DNA of 64,000 bases from an uncultured delta proteobacterium (GTDB lineage Bacteria > Desulfobacterota > Desulfobacteria > Desulfobacterales > JAHEIW01), in assembly GCA_963706575.1 (NCBI GenBank), contig CAVPNL010000018.1, positions 32,001 through 96,000 on the forward strand. Reading direction: 5' to 3'. Position 1 is the stretch's first letter; each line of letters starts with the position of its first letter. A program made the position numbers and the translations under genes. Positions 51,523 through 61,196 of the stretch are shown here, piece by piece. The notes beneath the pieces are model-generated. The model was given only the letters and a program-made list of their open reading frames with translations, ran no database searches and was not told the origin of the DNA.

Positions 51523-53202
51523 ATGTATTCCATTTATGAAAAAAGACCTTGGTTAAAAAATTACCCTGAATGGGTGCCCCACGATATTGAAATTCGCAAT
51601 AATACTGCTATAGGCGACTTTATGACGTCTGCTTATCAAAAACCGGACGCACCGGCAGTTCATTATTTTGATGAAACCCTTTCGTACAGAGATATTGACA
51701 GATTATCAGACAGTTTCGCAGCTGCGCTAAAAAACCTTGGAGTTGCAAAAGGGGATCGCGTTATTCTGGTTCTTCAAAATATTCCCCAATTTTTAATCAG
51801 CACCTATGCTGCCTGGAAAATTGGAGCGATCGTAGTCCCTCTAAATCCCATGTATAAAGAGAAGGAATTGTCTTACTTCTGTGAAAATTCAAATGCAAAA
51901 ATATTTATCACCCTGGAAGAGATTGCCGGTCAATTAAAAATTTCATTTCTGAAGAAATCGTCAATCGAAAAGGTGATTACAACTTCCCCTTTGGATTTTT
52001 TGTCCGACCAGATTAACCTGCCGAAATTGCTAAACAACACCCAAAAAAAATCTGTGCCTGACTGCATTGATATGCTTGAGTTGATCAATCGGTATCAGGG
52101 AGCCCAGATCACCTGTTCCAAGATATCAGCTGAAGATACCGCCTATCTCACTTATACCTCCGGAACCACAGGTTCTCCCAAAGGCGCAATGAACACCCAT
52201 GGAAACATCGCCTTTAATGCACGTGTTTATCAGGCCATGCAACGAATTGATGAAACCGATGTCATTCTGGGTGTGGCGCCCTTATTCCATGTAACCGGAG
52301 AAGTGGCACATTTAGCAACTGCTGCGCTTGCGGGCATTCCAGTTGTGCTATATTACCGCTTCGATCCCGCAGAAACACTTCGCTTGATAGAACGCTGGAA
52401 AATCACCACCACTGTGGCATCCATTACGGTTTATATCGCTTTAATGAACCATCCGGATATTAAGAAGAGAGACCTTGCCAGCTTTACGAAAGCATATAGT
52501 GGCGGAGCTCCGGTTTCAGAGGCTGTTGTAAATCAATTTGAAAAGATGACGGGGCAGTATCTTTACAATGTATACGGCATGACGGAGACAAACTCGCCAT
52601 CTCACATTGTTCCTTTGGGCAAAAGGGCACCCGTAGACCGGGAGAGCGGAGCGCTTTCAGTTGGGGTCCCGGTACCGGGCTGCATTATGAAGATAGTGGA
52701 CCTGGAAGAGGATACAAATGAGCTCCCACCAGACCAGATTGGCGAAATCGTTGATTCCGGGCCAATCATTGTGCCCGGTTATTGGCAGCAGCCGGAAGAA
52801 ACCAAAAAGGCCATCCGCAACGGTTGGTTATATACCGGTGATGTCGGGAAGATGGATGATAAGGGTTGGTTTTATGTCGTCGACCGCAAAAAGGATCTGA
52901 TTATCGCATCCGGATATAAAGTATGGCCTCGTGACGTTGAAGATGTCATCTACCAGCACCCTGCAGTCAGAGAGACCGCGGTGGTCGGCATCCCGGATTC
53001 ATACAGGGGGGAAACAGTGAAGGCATATGTGGCTTTAAAAAAGGGGCAGGAAAATTCGATTGGGCCTGAAGATATCATATCTTTTTGTAAAGAACGATTG
53101 GCGGCATACAAATATCCGCGTGAAGTTGAAATCGTTTCTGAAATCCCTAAAACATTAACCGGGAAAATTCTTAGAAGAATGCTGCGACAAAAGGAGAAGT
53201 AA
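51523..53202 (+). CDS. Long-chain fatty acid-CoA ligase
   Basis: YTSGTTGSPKG, YGMTE, GWLYTGD, VDRKKD; AGGAGG RBS. Confidence 0.93.
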   Translation: MYSIYEKRPWLKNYPEWVPHDIEIRNNTAIGDFMTSAYQKPDAPAVHYFDETLSYRDIDRLSDSFAAALKNLGVAKGDRVILVLQNIPQFLISTYAAWKIGAIVVPLNPMYKEKELSYFCENSNAKIFITLEEIAGQLKISFLKKSSIEKVITTSPLDFLSDQINLPKLLNNTQKKSVPDCIDMLELINRYQGAQITCSKISAEDTAYLTYTSGTTGSPKGAMNTHGNIAFNARVYQAMQRIDETDVILGVAPLFHVTGEVAHLATAALAGIPVVLYYRFDPAETLRLIERWKITTTVASITVYIALMNHPDIKKRDLASFTKAYSGGAPVSEAVVNQFEKMTGQYLYNVYGMTETNSPSHIVPLGKRAPVDRESGALSVGVPVPGCIMKIVDLEEDTNELPPDQIGEIVDSGPIIVPGYWQQPEETKKAIRNGWLYTGDVGKMDDKGWFYVVDRKKDLIIASGYKVWPRDVEDVIYQHPAVRETAVVGIPDSYRGETVKAYVALKKGQENSIGPEDIISFCKERLAAYKYPREVEIVSEIPKTLTGKILRRMLRQKEK

Positions 53203-53280
53203 ACCCCGCGGCAACCTTACAAGGACGGGATGCCGCCGGAAACAACCATTTATGCGAAGGCACCAACTTGCATGTACGCA

Positions 53281-54480
53281 TCAACAGCCGTCATCCATCT
53301 TTTCGATCAGATCTAGGAAAAAAGGCAGGCCTGATCCCACAATAATGATACCGCCTGCCAGAACAATACCGCTGGCAAACGTCACCGTCTGCCCCATGTA
53401 TCCGAGCAGTAAGGGGAAAAGCCCACCTCCCAGGACAATGGCGCTCGGTGTCACCCAGGCGGTGGCCAGGCTTCGAAGATTCGGCTGCACGATCCGTGCA
53501 AGGGCGGCGAAACCCGCCGGAAAATAGCACACAATCAGCGCCGGTTGAAGGAACACAACGATCTTGAGCCAAAGATCGGAGACCAGGCCCAGCAAGAGGG
53601 TGACGATCCCTGAGACCAGGAGAAAAACGGAGATTGCCTTTTTTTCTCCGATTCTGTCCGTCACCCAGCCGGCAAAAAAGGTCATGAAAAGGGCGGATAC
53701 CTGGGACAGTCCGATCAGCATGTTGGCCGATGCTTCCGGTATTCCCCGTTCGGCGATCAGATAAAGCGGCATCATGGCGTAAATGCCCACCTGTCCACCC
53801 ATGCCGAGGGCAAAAAGGATGATCATGATCCAGAAGGATCGGCCGGACAATATGATACGGGCCATGGACAGGTCCGGTGCATCCCCCGGAAACTGTCCGA
53901 TGGTTCCGAAACGGATCAATATCACCGCCGTGGCAATACCCGCTATGGCAATAACCACCATGGGCGCGCGCCAGGAAAACCAGGTCAGAAGGAATACGGT
54001 CAGCAAGGGGCCTAAAATAAGGCTCAAGGGCGGAGCCGTCTGCTGGACGGCCAGGGCCTTGCCCCAGTCCTGGCGGCTGACAAGGGCTGTAATGGTGGCC
54101 ACATTCGATGGCAGATTCATGCCCGCCATAAGACCCAGCATCAGCACAGCCCCCCGTAAGGCCCACAACGAGGTAAGCATCGTGCACAGCAGAAGGGCCA
54201 AGGAGGTGCCAATAAGGGACAGGGCGATGGCTCCCTTGTGCTGAATGCGGGATGAGACAAAGCCCGCCGACAGGGAGCCAATAAATACGCCCACCGATCC
54301 GGAAAGGAATATGGAGCCGGCCTGGCTGTGGGAAAGCCCCAGTTCACTGCTCATGGCCGGCATCAGTGGAGCGAAGATAAACCGGCCGATGAAGGTTAGA
54401 AAGAACAGCAGTGTTAGGAAAAGAATACTCCCGATCGCTCCGCTGAACGGTTCCGGTACAGGGCAGTCTTTGTCCGACAC
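53281..54480 (-). CDS. MFS transporter (NNP-like), directly downstream of the MerB-like gene
   Basis: About 12 TM segments; GWVTDRIGEK motif A. Confidence 0.88.
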   Translation of the reverse strand: MSDKDCPVPEPFSGAIGSILFLTLLFFLTFIGRFIFAPLMPAMSSELGLSHSQAGSIFLSGSVGVFIGSLSAGFVSSRIQHKGAIALSLIGTSLALLLCTMLTSLWALRGAVLMLGLMAGMNLPSNVATITALVSRQDWGKALAVQQTAPPLSLILGPLLTVFLLTWFSWRAPMVVIAIAGIATAVILIRFGTIGQFPGDAPDLSMARIILSGRSFWIMIILFALGMGGQVGIYAMMPLYLIAERGIPEASANMLIGLSQVSALFMTFFAGWVTDRIGEKKAISVFLLVSGIVTLLLGLVSDLWLKIVVFLQPALIVCYFPAGFAALARIVQPNLRSLATAWVTPSAIVLGGGLFPLLLGYMGQTVTFASGIVLAGGIIIVGSGLPFFLDLIEKMDDGC

Positions 54481-54515
54481 ATGAAACTCCTTGAATTATG
54501 TGTTTGGCATCTTGT

Positions 54516-55223
54516 TTAAGACTTTGGGCGCCAGAATGCTGAATTTCGAGTTACTTCCTCCAGTCTCTGAAAGAATAGCAGCGCATATTCGTGCGCCGAG
54601 GAAACATAGTGACCGCTCAATTTTTCACTGTGGCGCGAGGTGCTCATAATAGCCATCATATCCGAAACAGGAAGAATTGCCTCCTCTGTACCCGAAACAA
54701 ACCCTGACCATTTTCTTGCATGATCTTCCGACCGGAAGAGATGGATACGGCTTCATGTAAAGGGCCAATTCTCTTCCCATTGACGCCGAGGTATATCGGT
54801 ATACCCACAGATGCCGATAGGGGTTTCATTTTGTATGATGCCATCTCGCACAACAACTTGCATGGACTCACCGCAATCCAGACACGGCGCATCGATCTGG
54901 ACCGACTTTCCTGGAAATACCCAGCAGACCGCCAGGGCTTCAAGACCTCATTGTGCAAACCATTTTTGCTGCCCTTCAACAGTGATACGGTATTGCGTCG
55001 GCAAATTGTTAAATGGCGCAAACGACACCATTAAATCCGTATCGGGGTATAACCACATCGGCATCACATTTGTGTTGATCAGATCATGAAGTCGCTTTTT
55101 GCCTTCATCTGGTTTTACGCCAAACGTGTTGCCTATTTCTGCGTAATGCGGCGCATAGCCTCTTTGGACAAAAGTTTCCATAATGTAGTGGTAAGTTTTA
55201 TCTAATTGATCCGGATCCCCCAT
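54516..55223 (-). CDS. MerB/alkylmercury-lyase-like protein with two in-frame UGA (putative Sec92, Sec157), 235 aa
   Basis: Readthrough translation ...KWFAQ-U-GLEALAVCWVFPGKSVQIDAPCLDCGESMQVVVRDG...NWPFT-U-SRIHLFRSEDHARKW...AFWRPKS-TAA; AGGAG RBS. Confidence 0.85.
54724..54739 (-). promoter_or_regulatory. Putative bacterial SECIS for UGA 54753-54755
   Basis: UCUUCC-GGUC-GGAAGA hairpin; loop begins after 19 nt downstream of the UGA. Confidence 0.7.
54919..54938 (-). promoter_or_regulatory. Putative bacterial SECIS for UGA 54948-54950
   Basis: GCCC-U-GGC-GGUCU-GCU-GGGU hairpin with bulged U; loop begins after 17 nt downstream of the UGA. Confidence 0.65.
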
Positions 55224-55267
55224 ATCTTCTCCTTCCTCTACTCAATACAGCAAGTTGGTTTATAACG

Positions 55268-55695
55268 TCAGGCTAACCCACTTAATAGAGCAGGCAATTC
55301 GTCCAGCGTTTTGATTTCAAAATCTGGTTGAAAAGGCAAACGTTCTGGCCGCTGTCTTTTAATTTTGCCAGAGTATCCTTCACTTCGGGATAGCATTCCA
55401 GCTCAAGATAGGCGTTAATAAGATCGTTTCTCAATTGATTGTCCATGATATTAAAAAGATCCAGTGCGTAATCGAGGGCATCTTGGGTAATCTGCCAAAA
55501 ATCGGCATGTTTTTTCATCAAACTGCGAAGCCAGGTATATTCAAGCTGCTTGGTGCGCCAGATACTTGATACCTGGCCCGAGACATCGCCAAGGCGTTCA
55601 CTATATTTTCCGACAGCGGAATGAACATCAAACAATGTTCCATAAGCATCAAAAACGCAGGCTTTTATATTCGGAATCAGAGATTCTTGCGGCAT
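55268..55695 (-). pseudogene. Haloacid dehalogenase type II with internal deletion
   Basis: FDAYGTLFDV and WRTKQLEYTW, then a jump near 55345 to the out-of-frame C-terminus ERLPFQPDFEIKTLDELPALLSGLA*; central catalytic motifs are missing. Confidence 0.8.
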
Positions 55696-55967
55696 TATGT
55701 ACCTCCATTTTTAGAGTAACCTCAATTGAGTATTAAATCGATTGGGAGTTGTTGGTTATTTGTTAATTTTTGCTTTCCGGATAACCAGATTGTGTTATTT
55801 GGCGAAAGTATGAAATATCTATTGTCCACCGAATGATGAGGATTTTTGTTTCATATCCAAATCCAAAACTCAAGAGATTTCAAATATAGCTTGTTTTTTG
55901 ATGGTAAATATTAGGGGATTCAAGCAAGAATGATTTAAATTGGAACAGACATTAAGAGGGACCAATT

Positions 55968-56879
55968 TTAAGAAAGACTCTCTGTTCTGTTTCTTCCTCT
56001 TTCTTTAGCAAGATAAAGGGCCTGGTCAGCCTGACGAATCAAATCAGATAGCATCGTCTCGGTATCACCACTTCCGGCCTTCGTTAAATGGAAACCAAGA
56101 GATATGGTTATTCGAACACATATATCCTCAAAACAGAACTCAAAACCCTCGATAGCCTTTCGTATACGCTCGCAATGCACCTGCACGCCTTCTTTGTTAA
56201 TCTCACCACGTGGCAAAATAATAAATTCATCTCCACCATAGCGACCAAACAGATCTTCAGTGCGCTTATTTTCAATGACAGTGTTGGCAAGCTGAGCCAA
56301 GACTGAGTCGCCACTTTGATGACCATATGTGTCATTGACTTGTTTAAAGTTGTCGATATCCATCAGGACAACACCGATAGGCAACTTATGCCTGCTGGCA
56401 TAGGCCATCTCCATTGAAGCAAGTTTGCTAAAGTGATGACGGTTAAATATTCCCGTAAGCGCATCCAAAGACGCTTTTTGTAAAAGCTTTTTCTCCGATC
56501 CTATTTCAGCTTCAGTCTTATATTCAATTTTCATTATTGAATGACCTAGCTGAAGGGGAACGCCCGGTAGCAACCTGGTACGACTTATTTTTCGAGCATC
56601 AATGTATGTACCGTTGGTTGATCCTTTATCTTCAATCGTAATGGTATGGCCCATCAATTCGACGACACAATGAATGCGGGATATCCGGTCATCTTCAATT
56701 CTGATATCTGCCTCTGGAGATCGGCCAATTGTCATAAAATCGCTGTTGAGCTTATGGCGGCAACCACTGTCGTTGCCGATATAAATCACTAAATAGGGGT
56801 GACGATCCTCAGAGAGAACAGTAGCTTCGTCATCGAAAGTAATTGTTTTAGACAGATTAATATTTTGGCTCTCTTCCAT
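55968..56879 (-). CDS. FHA-domain diguanylate cyclase
   Basis: FHA IGRS...ISRIH...STNGT; DIDNFKQVND, I-site RTED, RYGGDEF. Confidence 0.92.
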   Translation of the reverse strand: MEESQNINLSKTITFDDEATVLSEDRHPYLVIYIGNDSGCRHKLNSDFMTIGRSPEADIRIEDDRISRIHCVVELMGHTITIEDKGSTNGTYIDARKISRTRLLPGVPLQLGHSIMKIEYKTEAEIGSEKKLLQKASLDALTGIFNRHHFSKLASMEMAYASRHKLPIGVVLMDIDNFKQVNDTYGHQSGDSVLAQLANTVIENKRTEDLFGRYGGDEFIILPRGEINKEGVQVHCERIRKAIEGFEFCFEDICVRITISLGFHLTKAGSGDTETMLSDLIRQADQALYLAKERGRNRTESLS

Positions 56880-57282
56880 CAAGAATTTCTGCCGAAACTA
56901 ATTTGTAGCAGTCGCTGTATAGTTGTTTATATATTGTTAAACATGAAAAATTGGAATAGATGTACAAACTAAAAACAATGATCCTTTTGTATTTATCGGA
57001 ATCTCAAAATAATACTTTAGTGAAGAAAGAACGGGACGAGACTTTGTAGATGGAATTAAGTGGAGGAATAATCTGCAGGGGAATAGGATCATGGTTGATT
57101 TGTTGCGTTTCTTTGAAGAAATAGAACAAAATTAAATTTTCAGTTTACTTAAAGGCGAACGGCTGAAGTTAGCAGCACAGGCCGTTGGGGAAAACAGGTA
57201 AACCTTGCCGGCTTATATAAGAAAACCACAAGTCGCGTTCAAAAGTTCCTAAAACAAAAAAAGATATGGCTTATAAACCCTA

Positions 57283-57489
57283 TCCTGTCATCAGCTGCGG
57301 CATACCATGGCAACCCAGCTGCTCAATGCCGATGCGGATCTGGTCTCAATACAGGATCTTTTGGGCCACAGCCGCATCAAAACAACGCAGCGGTATTGCC
57401 GGGTGAGCAACTTGAAAGTGCAACGAGATTACTTTAAAGCCATCGAGGAGGTGATCAAAAGGACAACTATGAACAATAATTTTACTTGA
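57283..57489 (+). pseudogene. C-terminal remnant of a tyrosine recombinase
   Basis: [14 protein letters not shown]...[16 protein letters not shown]; no N-terminal part. Confidence 0.85.
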
Positions 57490-57504
57490 CAGGCAGCAAT
57501 ATAA

Positions 57505-57562
57505 GAATTATTAAATCGTACATAACCAATTAATATTAATAGAAATATAAGCGTTTGTTACG
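57505..57562 (+). mobile_element. AT-rich putative element end, copy 2, immediately after the recombinase stop
   Basis: 51/58 identity to 37275-37332. Confidence 0.65.
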
Positions 57563-58330
57563 GGTACATAGCCGCAATCCACAATTTAGCCGAAGTGTGG
57601 GTTACACATATTAATATACAGTCTTGGAAAGAAACGTAATCAGCGAATTTTTACACTTGAGATATAAAATGAGTATCACAACATTTTCAAGGATTCAAAA
57701 GTGGTGATAAGTTGGATTCATGCAAATTTAACCACCTATATTCATCGCAGAATAATAGCAAATATCTGCAGTTTCGAGGTGATGATTTAGTAGTTCTATC
57801 AATTCCCCGTGGAATAGCTTGCATACAAACTTCCAAACGAAATCGCAGTTTGCGGGTTTTACAGGGATTATCGCAGACATGTACATCACAAGGTTTTCAG
57901 TGCTGTCAAAAGCTGAGAGATATAGAACCAGATCTCTCAACCACCAAGCATGAAAAGGTGAGCCCCAAAAAGAAGTCTTTAAAAGTAAAAATTTCTTTCT
58001 AAAAATAACTTTACTTCATTGACATCGCACAATTCATGTCTGTGTTATAATTTGTTAAGTGTAACACCAACTTCGACACCTATAAAAAAACCATTGGATG
58101 GCTTAGTGTCTCCATAGGTTATACTTAAAAAAGGGAGTTTGAACGTGGCACATAACAGGTTTCTCGGGTGTGCGTGGATCCTTTCAGATGGATTTTAACG
58201 GCACCCTTGATTCCATGTTTCTTTTAACCCCCAATAAGAACCTCCTGTTACCCAGCCCACCAACGCTTAATTAATGCCTACCATGACCTCAACTACTCAG
58301 TGATCATCGGTTCATATTGTCCGTAAAAAC

Positions 58331-58369
58331 AAAAAGGCACCCCTCTCTAATGGAAGGATGCCCTTTTTT
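58331..58369 (-). terminator. Putative terminator after csp
   Basis: AAAAAGGCA...TGCCCTTTTTT imperfect stem with A/T tracts. Confidence 0.6.
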
Positions 58370-58384
58370 ACTCGGAAACGAAAG

Positions 58385-58585
58385 TTAAATCAAAGTGACA
58401 TTTGCAGCGGCTGGACCTTTTTGTCCTTGCTCTATGTCAAAGGAAACTTGGTCGCCTTCATTGAGGGATTTAAAACCGGCTGCGTTGATTGCTGAATGAT
58501 GAACAAACACATCCGGTCCGTCTTCCTGCTCGATGAATCCGAATCCTTTTCCTGCATTAAACCACTTAACAGTTCCATTAGTCAT
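58385..58585 (-). CDS. csp: Cold-shock protein
   Basis: [24 protein letters not shown]. Confidence 0.96.
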   Translation of the reverse strand: MTNGTVKWFNAGKGFGFIEQEDGPDVFVHHSAINAAGFKSLNEGDQVSFDIEQGQKGPAAANVTLI

Positions 58586-58842
58586 AATAACATTCTCCTT
58601 TCTTAAAATTTCAACGTCGCAAACTGGAGGATGCCACTCAGACAAATGGATTGTTCCCTCAGAAAGAAACCGTCCCGATTTTTAAGGCGGGACTTAATTG
58701 ATTAGGTGGAACGTAACCCTTCTTTAGGCTAATAGCAAGCTAATTATTGATATTTTTAGCGGAATACTCAGATTAGGTTATTTCAAAACCTCTGATATAT
58801 GTTGAATGTCGATGATTAGAAGCTACGGCTCCGCTTTGGTCC

Positions 58843-59232
58843 TCATCTTCCACGACCTCGACCTCCTCGGCCACCACCTTGTCCTCCTCGGCCACCACCT
58901 TGTCCTCCTCGGCCACCACCGTATCCTCCTCTGCCGCCATCTTGTCCTCCTCGACCACCGCCGTATCCTCCTCCACCGCCACGACTTTCGGTACGAGGAC
59001 GAGCCTCATTAACGTTAAGCGCTCTTCCTTTTAGTTCTTTGCCATTTAGGCCATCGATTGCAGACTGCCCTTCAGCTTTAGAGGCCATTTCCACGAATCC
59101 AAATCCTTTTGATTGACCACTATACTTGTCTTTTATAATGGTGGCGGATTCAACCTGCCCGAATTGTTCTAAAGCCAGCCGCAAGTCCTCTTCGGTGACC
59201 TCGTACGACAAATTTCCTACATAGATCTTCAT
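58843..59232 (-). CDS. RRM RNA-binding protein with Gly-rich RGG tail
   Basis: IYVGNLS, KGFGFVEM, VNEARPR, GGRGG repeats. Confidence 0.95.
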   Translation of the reverse strand: MKIYVGNLSYEVTEEDLRLALEQFGQVESATIIKDKYSGQSKGFGFVEMASKAEGQSAIDGLNGKELKGRALNVNEARPRTESRGGGGGYGGGRGGQDGGRGGYGGGRGGQGGGRGGQGGGRGGRGRGR

Positions 59233-59270
59233 TCTAATCTCCTTTGTAATAAATTATAAATTTTCACATC

Positions 59271-59323
59271 GCCTAACGCTTCAAATCAGCAGCGCTTCTG
59301 CCTGGGGCTATTTCTGGTTATAC
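59271..59323 (-). other. Degenerate attC-like site
   Basis: Minus strand GTATAAC...AAATAGC...GCTGATTT...GTTAGGC between rnhA-like and RRM genes; only 53 bp. Confidence 0.3.
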
Positions 59324-59348
59324 CCATCGGCTTGTTGAAAACGGCAGG

Positions 59349-59828
59349 TCACCGATTATCTCTTCTCAGCGCATTCCTTGAAGCTCTATCTACAAGTGTA
59401 AAAAGCCTATCAATATCATCTTTTTGATTCGGTACCTGATGTCCACGCACTTTAACCAGTTCACAATCCATCTGATCGATCATTCTATAAAACTCCAGAT
59501 ACAGCTCATAATTGTTGAGGCATTTATTTTTCTTTGAACGATAATCATTTTGCTCAAATCGATCACGTCTTCCCTTTAATCCCATAATGTTTTGAGAATC
59601 CGTATATACAATCACCTTACGCCCCAATGCTTGAATATCGCTTAGCGCCCATAATAATGTCTGCAATTCCAGTTTCGTTGAAGACGTATGCTCAAATCGC
59701 CTCACTTTCACGCGCGTTTTTAATGAATCCAACGAGAGTCCACGTTCAGAGACAGCGAGGTAAGCCCCATATCCGATATTTGACTGGGTATTTACACTTC
59801 CATCTGTAAGTAGTATCAGTTCATCCAT
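59349..59828 (-). CDS. Ribonuclease H (RNase HI family)
   Basis: TDGS, LELQT, YTDSQ, VKVRGH, VDRASR. Confidence 0.85.
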   Translation of the reverse strand: MDELILLTDGSVNTQSNIGYGAYLAVSERGLSLDSLKTRVKVRRFEHTSSTKLELQTLLWALSDIQALGRKVIVYTDSQNIMGLKGRRDRFEQNDYRSKKNKCLNNYELYLEFYRMIDQMDCELVKVRGHQVPNQKDDIDRLFTLVDRASRNALRRDNR

Positions 59829-60019
59829 AAAAATATTACTTTATTCCATAACAAGTGATTATATAGTTTTTTTCAATGGCTATTACCTTTAATGAGTTCT
59901 GGATAACATGCATCCGAAATTTTCTGATTAGGTCAACAGTTATTGCGTGTGCGCTTTAACTTCTAAATATGATCTGGAACCGATGCGTCTAAGAAAACAA
60001 TCTCCGCCATATTGAGATG

Positions 60020-61159
60020 CTAATACTTTGAACGCTCTTTTCTCCATCTCAAAACGGATCTCAATCCTTCTTGTGCGACCCTTTTCCCTTGAAGCTCGTC
60101 GAAAATGGCAAAATTTAAAGCATTTATTACGTCAATGTTCCTCTCCTTCTCGTTCATAAAAGGTATAAGATTAAAAGTTTCACGGAAAATGTCCTTAAAT
60201 TCAAGTATCCGATCTCCTGTAAACACCTTCTGAAGTATTTTGTGAGGTTTTTGTGCGAAACCGACTTCGTCGAGACGCCTTTCGATATAAATTAGTGTTC
60301 TGGGCGTAACCTTAAACCCCAAAATCTCTTCCAGATACATCTCAATAGCAGGCGCTAACGGTTTCTGGCAAGCTTCATCCTCGTTAATATCAATTGAGCT
60401 GGACGCATTGATAAACGGAATCGCAGATTTCCCTTTGACCTGGGCGGTCTTCTTTAGACGATGAGCTTCGGCCAGGCGACATAAATGCTCTGCCTGAAGA
60501 GCGGCGACCTGAAGGTAGGCGCTTAAATTATAGAAGCCTGTGTGGATATACTCGGGGAGAGCTACGCCATTTCGACTGCGCACGTACCTGTATTTGTGAT
60601 CAATTTCGCCCCACGCCTCCTCAAGAATCGTCCTCAATTGGAACTCGAATTGAAGATCTTCCAATCCAGAAGGCGCATCTGAATTCTCACCTAGCTCTAC
60701 CTGGTAATGAATAGATGAGTATCCGCTATATGTTAGATCCATGCCATCTGATATCGACTCGCCAGGATCAACCGGGAGGATGAAGGATCTCTTTTGATCG
60801 GGTCCTTTTACGAAACGCAAGATTTTCTCCTCGGACAAAAGTCCAAGATATGCCTCGACTTTTCCGATATCTGAAAGGCGTAGACAGATAATCCTAACGC
60901 CTAATAGATCGCCGACTCTCGTCTGATAATTTTTTTCCGTTATTGGCGGTGCTCCAGCCTCAAGCTCTTTATTCTGCTTATCAATTTTCTCAATAATTCT
61001 TAACTCATCTTTGATGCGATATACAATTGTATGCAGGCTTTCCTTTGGTGAAGCAGGATCATCGCTGATCAGATGAACAATGTATTCTGCAAGCCTTTTA
61101 TATCTTTCCTTTTCATTCAAAAACGAGATGAGAATCGCTTCCTTTTGATATGCAATCAT
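60020..61159 (-). CDS. RelA/SpoT synthetase-domain protein (small alarmone synthetase-like) with C-terminal extension
   Basis: YRIKD...IEK, DLLGVRII, GYSSIHY, EFQLRTILEEAWGEIDHKYRY; no hydrolase domain. Confidence 0.88.
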   Translation of the reverse strand: MIAYQKEAILISFLNEKERYKRLAEYIVHLISDDPASPKESLHTIVYRIKDELRIIEKIDKQNKELEAGAPPITEKNYQTRVGDLLGVRIICLRLSDIGKVEAYLGLLSEEKILRFVKGPDQKRSFILPVDPGESISDGMDLTYSGYSSIHYQVELGENSDAPSGLEDLQFEFQLRTILEEAWGEIDHKYRYVRSRNGVALPEYIHTGFYNLSAYLQVAALQAEHLCRLAEAHRLKKTAQVKGKSAIPFINASSSIDINEDEACQKPLAPAIEMYLEEILGFKVTPRTLIYIERRLDEVGFAQKPHKILQKVFTGDRILEFKDIFRETFNLIPFMNEKERNIDVINALNFAIFDELQGKRVAQEGLRSVLRWRKERSKY

Positions 61160-61196
61160 GTATTCAGATCTCCAAAAATACAAATTTGTTCTAAAA

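Noticed and set aside
53291..54187. 298-aa alternative-frame ORF inside the MFS gene
   Set aside because: No recognisable motifs; shadow frame of a GC-rich coding region.
54656..55089. ORFs 54656..55021(-), 54720..55034(+) and 54811..55089(+)
   Set aside because: Shadow frames of the UGA-readthrough MerB-like gene.
57600..58010. Short ORFs 57712..58002 and 57728..57940
   Set aside because: No recognisable motifs or RBS; probably decayed sequence.
58773..59012. Repetitive ORFs (VAEEDK..., LLGHHLV...)
   Set aside because: Alternative frames of the Gly-rich tail of the RRM protein.
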